Below, piece by piece: positions 13,803 to 23,511 of a stretch of DNA of 64,000 bases (position 1 is the stretch's first letter; each line of letters starts with the position of its first letter). The DNA is taken from NCBI GenBank assembly GCA_002269645.1, contig NIVC01001575.1, forward strand, positions 100,691-164,690, in the 5' to 3' direction. The notes below the pieces were generated by a model, which was not told the DNA's origin, searched no databases, and saw nothing but the letters and a program-made list of their open reading frames with translations. The position numbers were made by a program, and so were the translations under genes. This DNA comes from Macrostomum lignano (Eukaryota).

Positions 13803-14470
13803 AGTCTTCTTATACAATAAGTGTTAGATAGAAGTGTTGCATGTTTAATCGGGATTAGAAATCAACTAAAGGAGTATCGCATTTTTCATATTTGCTTGAA
13901 CTCTGCTCGGCCAGGTGCGCCAGCTAGGATCGATAGCTGCGCTGAATTTCCCTGTCATTTAAGGCATGCCTGCTATTATTGCACTGTCTCTTTGAATAGG
14001 ACGTTCAAGCAGGTTCAGCTGAGAGGTAGTAAAAGTATTTGTACTTTTATCATGCAATTTCGTCATCAAAAGCAGTGCTCAACAAAGCTTCACTCTATTT
14101 TGTTGAAACAAAAAATGCACCGAGCCTAGCAACCAATTTCCAGATTGAAGTAAACTCGATCCCCTTCAGTCAGGCATTGTTTGAATTCAAAACACTTCGT
14201 ATTGACAGTAAAAATAATTTCTGATAAGTCTGCTCAACTGCTTGATTTCATGGATTGCAAATATGTCTATAAATAGTTTTTCTTCCACTGCATTTAGGAC
14301 TAGGGCAAATTCGAAAAAATAACAACTTGAATCATAAATCATCACTTGTCCAGACGAGAGGATGATAGCAATTATGCTAGCAATAGAGCGTTTTATGAGC
14401 GTCTTCTTCCGCTTCAATAGTCATTAATAATTGAATAGGAAGGCAAAAACAAACATTAAGTTAATTTAAT

Positions 14471-14512
14471 TAAACGACGCGTTTCGCACGATACTGTGCA
14501 TCTTCAGGTTTA
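14471..14512 (-). ncRNA. Minimal type I hammerhead ribozyme of the Penelope-like element
   Basis: Minus strand TAAAC-CTGAAGA-T-GCAC(AGTATC)GTGC-GAAA-CGC-GTC-GTTTA: core CUGANGA/GAAA/GUC, 5-bp stem I, 4-bp stem II, palindromic ACGCGU stem III. Confidence 0.8.
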
Positions 14513-14697
14513 TTTTTGAGCGAAGGAAACGAGTGGGATCGGCAGTAAATAAATACAAAATTTTGGGTGTGAATTCAATCAATATTTGAAGTATACGAGT
14601 ACATGTTTGTTGGTCCAAAAGTCGAGAGGCAAAGTCCAGGGACGGAATGATAGCGATATAGTTAGAAGTATATAATGTACATCCAGTGCCCCCTCCC

Positions 14698-15506
14698 TCA
14701 GAACACACGGAGAACATGTCCCGCGCCACTGTGTTGGAGTTGAGTGTTGAGGCTGGGGGAATGCGCTTTAATATACAGCGCTTCAAGAATCTGGAGTTTG
14801 GAGTCAAATGAGCATTGATCAAGGACTTTAAAGCGCTCTTCGGGTTTGCAGTTGGAGCAACTATTGCATTCTAAGAGATGGTTTTGGATAGCCGACGATT
14901 TCAGCCAGTGCTCCCTGATTCTAGTGTGCAGGTGCCTTTTTGTCTTCCCCACGTAGGAGACACTGGTCATCAGAGCAGTTGAACTGATAAACGACACCAG
15001 CACGAAGAGCACAGGAAAACACGTGACTTCAACCGACCGACAAAGTTGCCAACCATAGCAGAACGAAAGATGACACGGACGTTGCAATTAAGCGAGTTGC
15101 GGAATAATTTGCAGATTTTATTTTTGAAAAGTTGAGAAGGATAGCCAAAGAAAGGGAGGACAAGAGTTGGTTCGTTGAGATCGATGGGATCGGCTTTAGT
15201 GCTAAGCTGATTGGCGATTTTCTTAGAGACGAATTTGTGAATGTGAGAGTGAATAAACGCACGAGGATAACCATTTTGTTGAAACATGTTGGTTAGAAAA
15301 TTCACTTCTTGGTCACAGTTAGTCCAGGTGTTGCAGACACTGAAAGCTCTGTGTAGCAGACATCTAATCAGGCCAGATTTCCACTGTCTTGGACATAAAG
15401 CATTGAAGTTGAGGATGAGATTGGTAAACGTGCTTTTCCGAAAAACTTTGGTGGAGAGGGTTCCGCAGTTAAAATCAATGTCGAGGTCAAGGAACGGGAG
15501 CCTCTT
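14698..15506 (-). pseudogene. Penelope-like RT thumb plus GIY-YIG endonuclease fragment with at least 2 frameshifts
   Basis: The LPFLD..NGYP, GVVYQFNC and YVGKT motifs fall in three different reading frames. Confidence 0.85.
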
Positions 15507-15671
15507 GGGGGGTGTTTCTCGAAACTCACGTAAGTTCTATGGTAAGTTAGATCGTTTAGGAAAGAAATTTACGTGTAGCGTAAGTTTGCTCGTAAGACGC
15601 TTTCTCAAAACTCACTTAGACTTTGCGTGGCTTACGCTGTTCGTAAGTCGTATCTGAAACGAAAAGTTACA

Positions 15672-15852
15672 TGTGCAAACTCCACTTCGGGGGTAAGACC
15701 CCCCCAAAGGCAGAGAGCTTGTATTTAATATAGCTGGCCAACAATAAAGGTTGTCTGACAAAGCGTAAGCCAATCACACGCGCGCGTGCAGGTGTACACC
15801 TGCACTGTACATTACACTGAGCGGAGCAACTGAGCAGACCCACGCTACCACA
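15672..15852 (-). repeat. 3' LTR (181 bp)
   Basis: Matches 20441-20621 except C/A at the 5th base; adjacent to the polypurine tract at 15853-15865. Confidence 0.95.
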
Positions 15853-16112
15853 TCCCTCCCCATCTACATGGGGATCAGGGATCGCAAGAGAATACATTAG
15901 CGCAACACATTATAGTGTGAGGAACAAAAACTCAATAAATAACTTAATAATAAATAATAATTAACCAGTACCAAAACTACGAAAACGCGAGATAGGAAAG
16001 CAACGACACAACAGAATAAGGAAAATAAACCATAACCATAACAAAGTTCAAAATCCAAATTTAAACTTCCGAACACTACAGTCAATCAAAACAGTCTCTT
16101 TCACAGATGACG

Positions 16113-19055
16113 TCACCCGTAGCTCAGGCGCTCCGGGGGACGTCGAACTCGCGACGATCGGCGCAGAGACCCGTCGATCTCAGGGTCTCCAGGAGCAGCC
16201 AGGTTTGGCGGCTCGTCCACGGCCGGCATCGCAGCTTCCGGCTCAGGTGCGGCCTTGGCGTCGGTAGCACCGTCTGTCACGCCAGCTCCTGTAGGCCGCG
16301 GCTGCTCAGGACCACCGCGGACATGGTCAACGTGCCGCCGCACCACTCGGTCGTCGCCATCGAAGCCGCACAAGTAGGAGGCCGGACCGGCGGCACCGAC
16401 AACTCGCGCCGGCTTCCACCGACCTCCGTTGGCTCCAAAGTCTTTGGCCAGTACAGCGTCTCCAGTCTCGAAGGTCCGGAACCGAGCTTTGCAGTCGTGG
16501 TGCTCTTTTTGCTGACTTTGCTTACGCTGTACTCTTGCACCCAGGTCTGGCCGAGCTCGATCTAGCAACGTGCACAGGCGCCGTCCCATCAGGAGTTCGC
16601 AGGGAGCCACACCAGTTGTCGCATGCGGAGTGACCCGGTAGCTCAGCAGGAACCGGGCGACCTTATCCTCCAAGGAGCCTTCGCGCTGCTTCTCCAGGGA
16701 CCGCTTCAGCGTCTGGACAGCTGGTTCCGCCAGGCCGTTGGACGCCGGATGATAGGGAGCAACGCGCACGTGCTGAATGCCGTTCTTCCGCAGAAAGTCG
16801 GACATCTCCTCGCTGACCAAGTTGGGCCCATTGTCCGACACCAGCACATCTGGCAACCCGTGCGTCGCGAAGCTGGAGCGGAGTTTCTGGATGGTGACAG
16901 CTGAGGTCGCTGATGTCACCACATGCACATCCAGCCACTTTGAATGGGCATCGACGACGACCAGCAGCATCTTGCCAGACACCGGACCCGCATAGTCGAT
17001 ATGCACTCGAGACCACGGTCGGTCAGGCCACGGCCACGACAACATTGGCGAAGGCGCCGGGGCGTTCTGCAACTCCTGACAGTCAGAGCAGGCCTTGGCC
17101 AGGTTTTCAATCTCCGAGTCTAATCCTGGCCACCAGAAATAACCTCGGGCTAGCGTCTTCATGCGTGACGCCCCCGCATGACCTTGATGCAGCACCTGGA
17201 GCAGTGCAGCTCGCGCTCCGACCGGGACCACCACTCGAGCGCCCCACAGGAGACAGCCGTCTTGCACACTGAGCTCAGCCGCTCTCTTAGAGTATGGCAG
17301 CAGATCGTCACTGACCCGCTCTGGCCAGCCGATTTGCGTGAAGTGCAGAGCTCGGGCTAGTGTGGGGTCCCTTCGAGTCAGGCCGCGTATCTGAGCTGCC
17401 GTGACAGGTCCATCGTCCAGGTGGTCCATCAGCATGACCAGCTCTGCCAGCTTCGGGACCGTCGCCGGCTTGTCGGGCAGCGGCAGGCGACTCAGGGCAT
17501 CGGCGCACAGCAGTGAGGCTCCGGCTCGGTGAACCATGCGGTAGTTATAGCCAGACAGCAGCAGAGCCCACCTCTGAATTCTTCCAGATGCCAGGGCCGG
17601 CACGGCCTTGTTTTCAGCAAGCAGTCCAAGCAGAGGTTTGTGTTCACTCACCAGCAGAAATGGGTGGCCGAACAGGTACGCGTTGAACTTCTTGACCGCA
17701 AACACTACCGCGAGGGCTTCCTTCTCGAGCTGCGAGTAGTTTTTCTCAGCGTCGTGCAACGTACGCGAGGCAAAGGCCACAGGCCGAACAGCTCCATCGA
17801 TCCTGTGGCTGATGACCGCGCCCAGACCGTAGGGGGACGCGTCGCACTCAAGCAGCAGGTCTTCGCTCGGGTCAAAGTGCGCCAAAACCGGAGCCGAAGA
17901 CAGCAGGGCCTTGCACTTCTCGAAAGCGGCGTTCTGAGCAGCGCCCCAGTTCCAGCGGTGTTGCTCGCGCAGCAGCAGGTGCAGCGGTGCCAGGACTTGA
18001 GACAAATTAGGCAGGAACTTGCCATAGTAGTTCACCATGCCTAGGAAGCTGCGCAGCTGAGTTGCGTCCTTGGGAGCTGGAGCGCTGACAATTGCCTCGA
18101 CCTTGTCTTTGATCGGGTGCAGGCCGTCGGCATCGATGCGGTGACCGAGATAACTGACGCTCGTCTGCATGAACTGACACTTCTCCAGTTTGCACCGGAG
18201 GCCACTCTGGCTCAGCTTCTCCAGAACCTGCTCCAGGGAGTTCAGATGACTGCTGTCGTCCTTTCCGGTGATGATGAGGTCATCGATGAAGCAGGCGGTG
18301 CTGGTGATTCCTTGCAGCAAGCAGTCCATCCGGCGCTGAAAAATCCCGACCGCTGGCGAGACACCGAAGGGCAGGCGCGTGTACCGAAGCAGCCCTTTGT
18401 GCGTATTGATCGTGCAGACTTCCTGGGAAGCCTCATCGAGTGGCAGCTGCATGTACGCCTGCGACAAGTCGAGCTTAGTGAAGAGCCGCCCACCAGTCAG
18501 CTTCGCGAACAGCTCTTCGATCCGCGGCAGAGGATACGAGTCGGGCTCCACGTTCGGGTTGACGGTCTGCTTAAAGTCGGCGCAGACCCTCACAGAGCCG
18601 TCGGACTTGAGCACTGGCACCACCGGCGATGCGTACTCGGAGTGCTGCACGGGCACCAGGATTCCTTGTTCGATCTCGCGGTTCAGTTGGCTCTCCACCT
18701 TGTCCTTCAAAGCGAATGGGAGATTCCTGGCCTCCATAAAGCGGGGTTGAGCATCGGGTTTCATATTCAAACTCACTGGCGGTCCGTTGTACTTTCCTAG
18801 CTCAGGCGAAAAAAAATCGCTGTACTTGTCGAGCAGCTGCTGCAGTCCGGGCGACACCTCAGGAGCAGCTGCCACCTGCTTGATTGATCTCCAGTCGAGC
18901 CGCAACTCGGACAGCCAGTCTCTTCCGAGCAGGTCGGATCCGCAGCCGGCGACCATAAGGAGGCTGAGTGACTTGGGCGGTGCTTCAGCAGCTTCCACAG
19001 CAACGCAGATGCAGCCTTCAATTGGCACTTTCTCACCGGAGTATGTTCGCAGCTG
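16113..19055 (-). CDS. Gypsy pol: protease C-terminal part, RT, RNase H, integrase
   Basis: RT motifs (VRVCADFK, KLDLSQAY, RLPFG, FIDD), RNase H (LECDASPYGLGAV), integrase HHCC (H..H..CSDC) and D-D-E (HIDYAGP, SDNG, LAE). Confidence 0.95.
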   Translation of the reverse strand, partial: QLRTYSGEKVPIEGCICVAVEAAEAPPKSLSLLMVAGCGSDLLGRDWLSELRLDWRSIKQVAAAPEVSPGLQQLLDKYSDFFSPELGKYNGPPVSLNMKPDAQPRFMEARNLPFALKDKVESQLNREIEQGILVPVQHSEYASPVVPVLKSDGSVRVCADFKQTVNPNVEPDSYPLPRIEELFAKLTGGRLFTKLDLSQAYMQLPLDEASQEVCTINTHKGLLRYTRLPFGVSPAVGIFQRRMDCLLQGITSTACFIDDLIITGKDDSSHLNSLEQVLEKLSQSGLRCKLEKCQFMQTSVSYLGHRIDADGLHPIKDKVEAIVSAPAPKDATQLRSFLGMVNYYGKFLPNLSQVLAPLHLLLREQHRWNWGAAQNAAFEKCKALLSSAPVLAHFDPSEDLLLECDASPYGLGAVISHRIDGAVRPVAFASRTLHDAEKNYSQLEKEALAVVFAVKKFNAYLFGHPFLLVSEHKPLLGLLAENKAVPALASGRIQRWALLLSGYNYRMVHRAGASLLCADALSRLPLPDKPATVPKLAELVMLMDHLDDGPVTAAQIRGLTRRDPTLARALHFTQIGWPERVSDDLLPYSKRAAELSVQDGCLLWGARVVVPVGARAALLQVLHQGHAGASRMKTLARGYFWWPGLDSEIENLAKACSDCQELQNAPAPSPMLSWPWPDRPWSRVHIDYAGPVSGKMLLVVVDAHSKWLDVHVVTSATSAVTIQKLRSSFATHGLPDVLVSDNGPNLVSEEMSDFLRKNGIQHVRVAPYHPASNGLAEPAVQTLKRSLEKQREGSLEDKVARFLLSYRVTPHATTGVAPCELLMGRRLCTLLDRARPDLGARVQRKQSQQKEHHDCKARFRTFETGDAVLAKDFGANGGRWKPARVVGAAGPASYLCGFDGDDRVVRRHVDHVRGGPEQPRPTGAGVTDGATDAKAAPEPEAAMPAVDEPPNLAAPGDPEIDGSLRRSSRVRRPPERLSYG

Positions 19056-19415
19056 GGGGGCCGTAGCCCAGCGGTAGCGCAGCTGCTCTGGTGTGCCAGC
19101 GACCCAGGCTCGATTCCAAGTGCAGTCACGTTAATTTGGGGCTGAATTGGAATCTCGGCTTGGCTCTGCTCGTGCAATTAACGGCCTTGAGAGCCAACCC
19201 CCAAGGCGCAGTGAAGTGTACATGCCTAACGATAATATAAAGTTAGGGCCGCTGTACACTCCTGTGTGAGTGTGTGCCTGCGTACGTATCCGCGCGCTTG
19301 TATGCCTGCTCAGGGGAGTCGGCGGAATGGGCAGTAATGCCTCTCGCCGGTTGTGTGCCTATGTCGCTTAAAGTGCGCCAGGGTGCACACAACCCCCCTG
19401 CCTCTAATAAAAAAA
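19056..19415 (+). mobile_element. tRNA-derived SINE (360 bp) inserted antisense into the protease
   Basis: tRNA-like head with A box (TAGCCCAGCGG) and B box (GGCTCGATTCC), AATAAAAAAA tail, and a 13-bp TSD ATGTTCGCAGCTG (19043-19055 and 19416-19428). Confidence 0.92.
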
Positions 19416-20409
19416 ATGTTCGCAGCTGCATGGACGCAGGCTGCAGTGCTGGCTGGGAGTTGAGCACGGTCCTGTAGGTCTTCGAGGATACCAGGGACAC
19501 GGAGGCTCCGGTGTCCACTTCCATGACAACAGGTCGGCCATTGATGCGCACCGTCGTTGTAATTGGCGGCACCTTCGACACTCGCTTGCCGGACAGCTGG
19601 TACAGAGAGTGAGCCGTTTCCTCCTCGCAGCTGTCTTTTTCCTCGCCGTCCTGCATCTGCAGAGCCTCTCTTCTATCGTCCTTCGACTGGGATTTACAGG
19701 CAGCCGCAGTGTGGCCGGTCTTTGAGCACTTGTAGCACTTCTGGGTGGCGAACGGGCACTTATTAGCGAGATGCTTCGTTGACAGGCACCTGAAGCACCT
19801 CCTCGTCGAAGATGACTTCTGCTGTTGCTTGACAATGCTGACGGACTCCTGACTGACTGGATCTGGCTTACTCGCTCCCGACACCAGCTGGCAGCCCTTG
19901 GCAGCGGACTCGTGGGCCAGGGCCAGCTTCAATGCCTTCGCTAGAGTGAGATCGGGCTCCGCCAGCAGCCGCCGCTGAGCGCTGTCGTTGTTGATTCCCA
20001 GCACCAGCCTGTCGCGAAGCATCGAAGTCAGGCTGTCGCCGAACTTGCAGTCGCGAGCCTGGTCTCGGAGGTCTGCGACAAAGTCCGCGACGCCCTCACC
20101 TTCCCTGCGATTTCTGGTGTAGAACCGGTAACGATGGACGATCTCGGACTCCTCAGGCTCGAAATGGCTCTTAAGTGTTTCGCAAATTTCGGTGTAGCTC
20201 TTGGCTGATGGCTGTGCAGGAGACAGAAGACTGAAGGCCAGATGGAAGACTTTCTTGCCGCATGAACTCAGCAAAATCGCTCGCTTTTTCGCTTCCTCAG
20301 TGACGTCATTGGCAACAAAATATTGTTCTAACCTTGCTTGGTACATATGCCACGGCTCAGAGCCTTCTTCGTATGGGCCGACAAGCCCTAGTGCACTTGC
20401 ACTACTCAT
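19416..20409 (-). CDS. Gypsy gag (two CCHC zinc knuckles) plus protease N-terminus
   Basis: Mag-type gag start (W..YQARLEQYFVAN), CFRC..H..NKC and CYKC..GH....C knuckles, aspartic protease MEVDTGAS. Confidence 0.93.
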
Positions 20410-20421
20410 TTGCGCAGGATC

Positions 20422-20439
20422 GTTTCAGTCTCGTCGCCA
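20422..20439 (-). promoter_or_regulatory. Primer-binding site, TGGCGACGAG
   Basis: Lies just inside the 5' LTR; its first 10 nt complement the CTCGTCGCCA 3' end recalled for animal tRNA-Ser(GCU). Confidence 0.7.
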
Positions 20440-20440
20440 C

Positions 20441-20621
20441 TGTGAAAACTCCACTTCGGGGGTAAGACCCCCCCAAAGGCAGAGAGCTTGTATTTAATAT
20501 AGCTGGCCAACAATAAAGGTTGTCTGACAAAGCGTAAGCCAATCACACGCGCGCGTGCAGGTGTACACCTGCACTGTACATTACACTGAGCGGAGCAACT
20601 GAGCAGACCCACGCTACCACA
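20441..20621 (-). repeat. 5' LTR (181 bp)
   Basis: Direct repeat of 15672-15852. Confidence 0.95.
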
Positions 20622-21135
20622 TTACATGTCTATGGTCATAAATCTGCAAATCTTTACTTAGTCTATCGTAAGTTGCTTTCGAGAAAGACCCACCTTCGAT
20701 AAAGTTTAACTTGACTTGGCTTGACTAAAGCTTCACGTACTATGCGATTAGTGCTTAAGTGCGTCTTACGACTGATACCGAGCAGTCGTAGGGTTAAGAT
20801 CAACCTTACGAAAGACCATAGACATACGAACGTTTCGAGAAACAGTCTTTTGCGCAAAGTTACGAACTCGTAAAGTTGCGATCAATCTTACGCATAGCTA
20901 ACTTGCGAGCCCTTCGAGCAACCCGTAAGTGTAGCTTACGTCTATGGTCGATCGTAAGTTGCTTTCGAGAAAGACCCCCCTGTTCGGAAGCAACCTGAGA
21001 AGTGAACTTGATGTTTGTGTGTGTAGAGTTGAGAGCGTCGAAGAAACGGTCAATTTTGTTCTTGTTATCGAAGATGGCGAAGGTATCGTCGATATTACGA
21101 AAGGTATATCGACCTTCGCCATCTTCGATAACAAG

Positions 21136-21395
21136 ATTTCATTTGAGTGATTGCCACATTTCATTCGAATGATTGCCACATTTCATTTGAGTGATTGGCA
21201 CATTTCATTTGATTGATTGCCACATTTCATTTGAGTGATTGCCATTTCATTTGAGTGATTGCCATTTCATTTGAGTGCTTGCCATCTCATTTGAGTGATC
21301 GCCATTTCATTGAGTGATTGCCATTTCATTTGAGTGATCGCCATTTCATTTGAGTGATTGCCATTTCATTTTAGGGATTGCCGTTTTATTTGAGA
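21136..21395. repeat. 20-22-bp minisatellite (CATTTCATTTGAGTGATTGC)
   Basis: About 12 tandem units abutting the Penelope 5' end. Confidence 0.9.
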
Positions 21396-21894
21396 AGCTT
21401 GAGAAGTTAAGTTCACTTAGATAGCAGGCTTGCTGTATAGAATATACTTTAAAAGGTTTCAATTTAATAGCACTTGACCATGCAATTAAGCGCTCAGTGG
21501 GAGACTGTACTAACTAGCCACTTCATATATTGAACCAAGCTTCAGTCGTAATTATTCTGTAACGATTTTTCCACCCTGGACTGTGCCTCTGATTGGGACA
21601 ATACACCATGTGCAACTATTGAACTAAAGTAGTTGGTAATATTTACAGTAGTTAGGCAACTCCTTAGTACCCTCGAATACTGTTGCAGACTTGCAGTCCA
21701 TATTGTGCAGTGTATTTCTTTTCAAATATGTAGGTTGGGGAAATAGTCTCTCGCACAGACTTCTGAAAGTTATTTTTTTAGAGACATCGCTGCATCAATA
21801 TGGTGGCGATTGCATAGAGAGAGGAATGTAGGCAGAGGATGACAGACAATTAAAAGTGTGGGCGACGAAACAAGGATTTCTTGGAGCGCCACGG

Positions 21895-22640
21895 TAAGTA
21901 TCAACTTGTCAAGGACGTCACACATTGAATATCAAAGCATCAAGGACGTCAAATTGAGTATCAATTTGCGCATCAAGGACGTCGCATTGAGTATCAACTT
22001 GCGCATCAAGGATGTCAGATTGAGTATCAACTTACCAAGGTCACATTGATTATCAGCTTATCAAGGAAATCACATTGAGTATCAAACCATCAAGGACGTC
22101 ACATTGAATATCAAACCATCAAGGACGTCATATTGAGTATCAAACCATCAAGGACGTCACATTGAGTATCAAACCATCAAAGACGTCACATTGAGTATCA
22201 AACCATCAAGGACGTCATATTGAGTATCAAACCATCAAGGACGTCATATTGAGTATCAAACCATTAAGGACGTCACATTGAGTATCAAACCATCAAGGAA
22301 GGACGTCATATTGAGTATCAAACCATCAAGGAAGGACGTCACATTGAGTATCAAACCATCAAGGAAGGACGTCACATTGAGTATCAAACCATCAAGGACG
22401 TCACATTGAGTATCAAACCATCAAGGAAGTCACGTTGAGTATCAAACCATCAAGGAAGTCACGTTGAGAATTAAACTATCATTGACGTCACATTGAGTAG
22501 CAATCAAACCATCAAGGACGTCGCATTGTGTATCAACTTATCAAAGACGTCACATTGAGTATCAGCAATTATCAAAAACGTCACCTTAAGTTATCAGCTT
22601 ATCAAAGACGTCACATTGAGTATCAACTTATCAAACGGAA
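21895..22640. repeat. 29-bp minisatellite (TCAAACCATCAAGGACGTCACATTGAGTA)
   Basis: About 25 units with degenerate margins, downstream of the GPCR stop codon. Confidence 0.92.
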
Positions 22641-22822
22641 GTCAAAACTAAGTGGGCTCAATAGCTACTATACTACAGCTACTACTACCACATCTACGGT
22701 GACAACAACAGTTCATGCACTGTAAAATGGTCATGCTGCAACCTTTAAAACCCGGGAATCTGTGAGAATGCCTTAGTTGTCGGCCAAATGAATCTGGCCA
22801 TCAATATAAGCGATCAGTCGCT

Positions 22823-23491
22823 TCACCGGTTGCTCTGATGCAGCCAGATGGACTCATCGCCGCACTCAAATTCGCAGCCGTCGGTACCGCTGCTGCTGTC
22901 GTCATTCTTGGCGTCGTCATCCAATCGCCGTTGCAACTCTGGCAGGCTGCGACATCTCTTACGACTACCAGCCGACGTCAGCGGCACCTGCTGTTTCTGT
23001 TGGTGTCGCCTGGACCTGCCGCTGCGCTGCTTTCTCGAATGGCAGCTGCAGTTGCAGCAGCGGCGCTGGGTGACAACTAGCTGCCGGTTGTTCATCTTCA
23101 ACAACAGCTGCTGCTGCTGCTGCGAAGCTGCTCGCTCACCGTCGTCGATGGCTGTTGGCGGCGGCGCCGCCGGTCCTGGGTCTCCGCCTGTTGCCCGACG
23201 GTCGCGCAGTTGCAGTTGTCCCCGATGCTGACACGTCGCTGCCTGCAGGTGCAGCGGCATCCCCATCTGGCGTCGCCTCTCAGCATAGTCGACAAACTCG
23301 CCGTCGGCGGAGACGCAGCCGCAGAAGGCGGCGGCCCGTCTGAGCAGCTGCCACAGCCGGAGAAAGTTGCTGCGCCTGAGCAGAATGTACAGCCACGGGT
23401 CCAGGATCTGGTTGATGGAGGCCAGGTGCACGGCTGAGAGGTCGCGGCGGCAGTCGGATCCGTTGAATAGCGAGTTGATCAGGACTCGGAG
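22823..23491 (-). CDS. Prostanoid receptor-like GPCR, exon 2 (end of TM6, TM7, C-tail)
   Basis: caacag|CTC CGA GTC gives LRVLINSLF..DLSAVHLASINQILDPWLYILLRR. DPWxY is the prostanoid-receptor TM7 signature; phase-0 join to exon 1. Confidence 0.9.
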   Translation of the reverse strand, partial: LRVLINSLFNGSDCRRDLSAVHLASINQILDPWLYILLRRSNFLRLWQLLRRAAAFCGCVSADGEFVDYAERRRQMGMPLHLQAATCQHRGQLQLRDRRATGGDPGPAAPPPTAIDDGERAASQQQQQLLLKMNNRQLVVTQRRCCNCSCHSRKQRSGRSRRHQQKQQVPLTSAGSRKRCRSLPELQRRLDDDAKNDDSSSGTDGCEFECGDESIWLHQSNR

Positions 23492-23511
23492 CTGTTGATT
23501 GGGTGCGATCT

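Larger units (their letters stand above)
15672..20621 (-). mobile_element. Full-length Ty3/Gypsy LTR retrotransposon, Mag-like
   Basis: Two 181-bp TG..CA LTRs with 1 visible mismatch; 5-bp TSD TTACA (15667-15671 and 20622-20626); PBS TGGCGACGAG; PPT AGATGGGGAGGGA; gag-PR-RT-RH-IN order. Confidence 0.97.
15507..20980. mobile_element. Non-autonomous TIR element (MITE, about 520 bp once the LTR element is removed); PIF/Harbinger-like ends, superfamily uncertain
   Basis: Terminal inverted repeats GGGGGGTGTTTCTCGAAA (15507) and TTTCGAGAAAGACCCCCC (ends 20980); many internal CGTAAG/CTTACG motifs; an extra internal TIR copy near 20667-20690. TSD not cleanly resolved. Confidence 0.7.
14440..21135 (-). 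mobile_element. 5'-truncated, frameshifted Penelope-like retroelement (RT C-terminus plus GIY-YIG endonuclease), interrupted by 15507-20980
   Basis: Minus strand 21100-20981 reads RNIDDTFAIF..LNSTHTNIKFT and continues at 15506 as LPFLD..TKVFRK..RA..NGYP. GVVYQFNC and YVGKTKRHLHTRIREH..ILEALYIK lie in shifted frames; the 3' end carries a hammerhead motif. Confidence 0.9.

Noticed and set aside
13821-14417. Short ORFs between the 20-bp array and the Penelope end
   Set aside because: No recognisable domain or splice structure.
15501-15506. CCTCTT/CCTGTT as a 6-bp TSD for the MITE
   Set aside because: It would make the TIRs unequal and does not restore the Penelope reading frame; a net 2-nt duplication does.
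19056-19125. tRNA gene
   Set aside because: No complete cloverleaf; it continues into a SINE body with an A-tail and TSD.
16107-20497. Many short antisense and alternate-frame ORFs over gag-pol and the GPCR/GTPase exons
   Set aside because: Expected by-products of GC-rich coding sequence; no motifs recognised.
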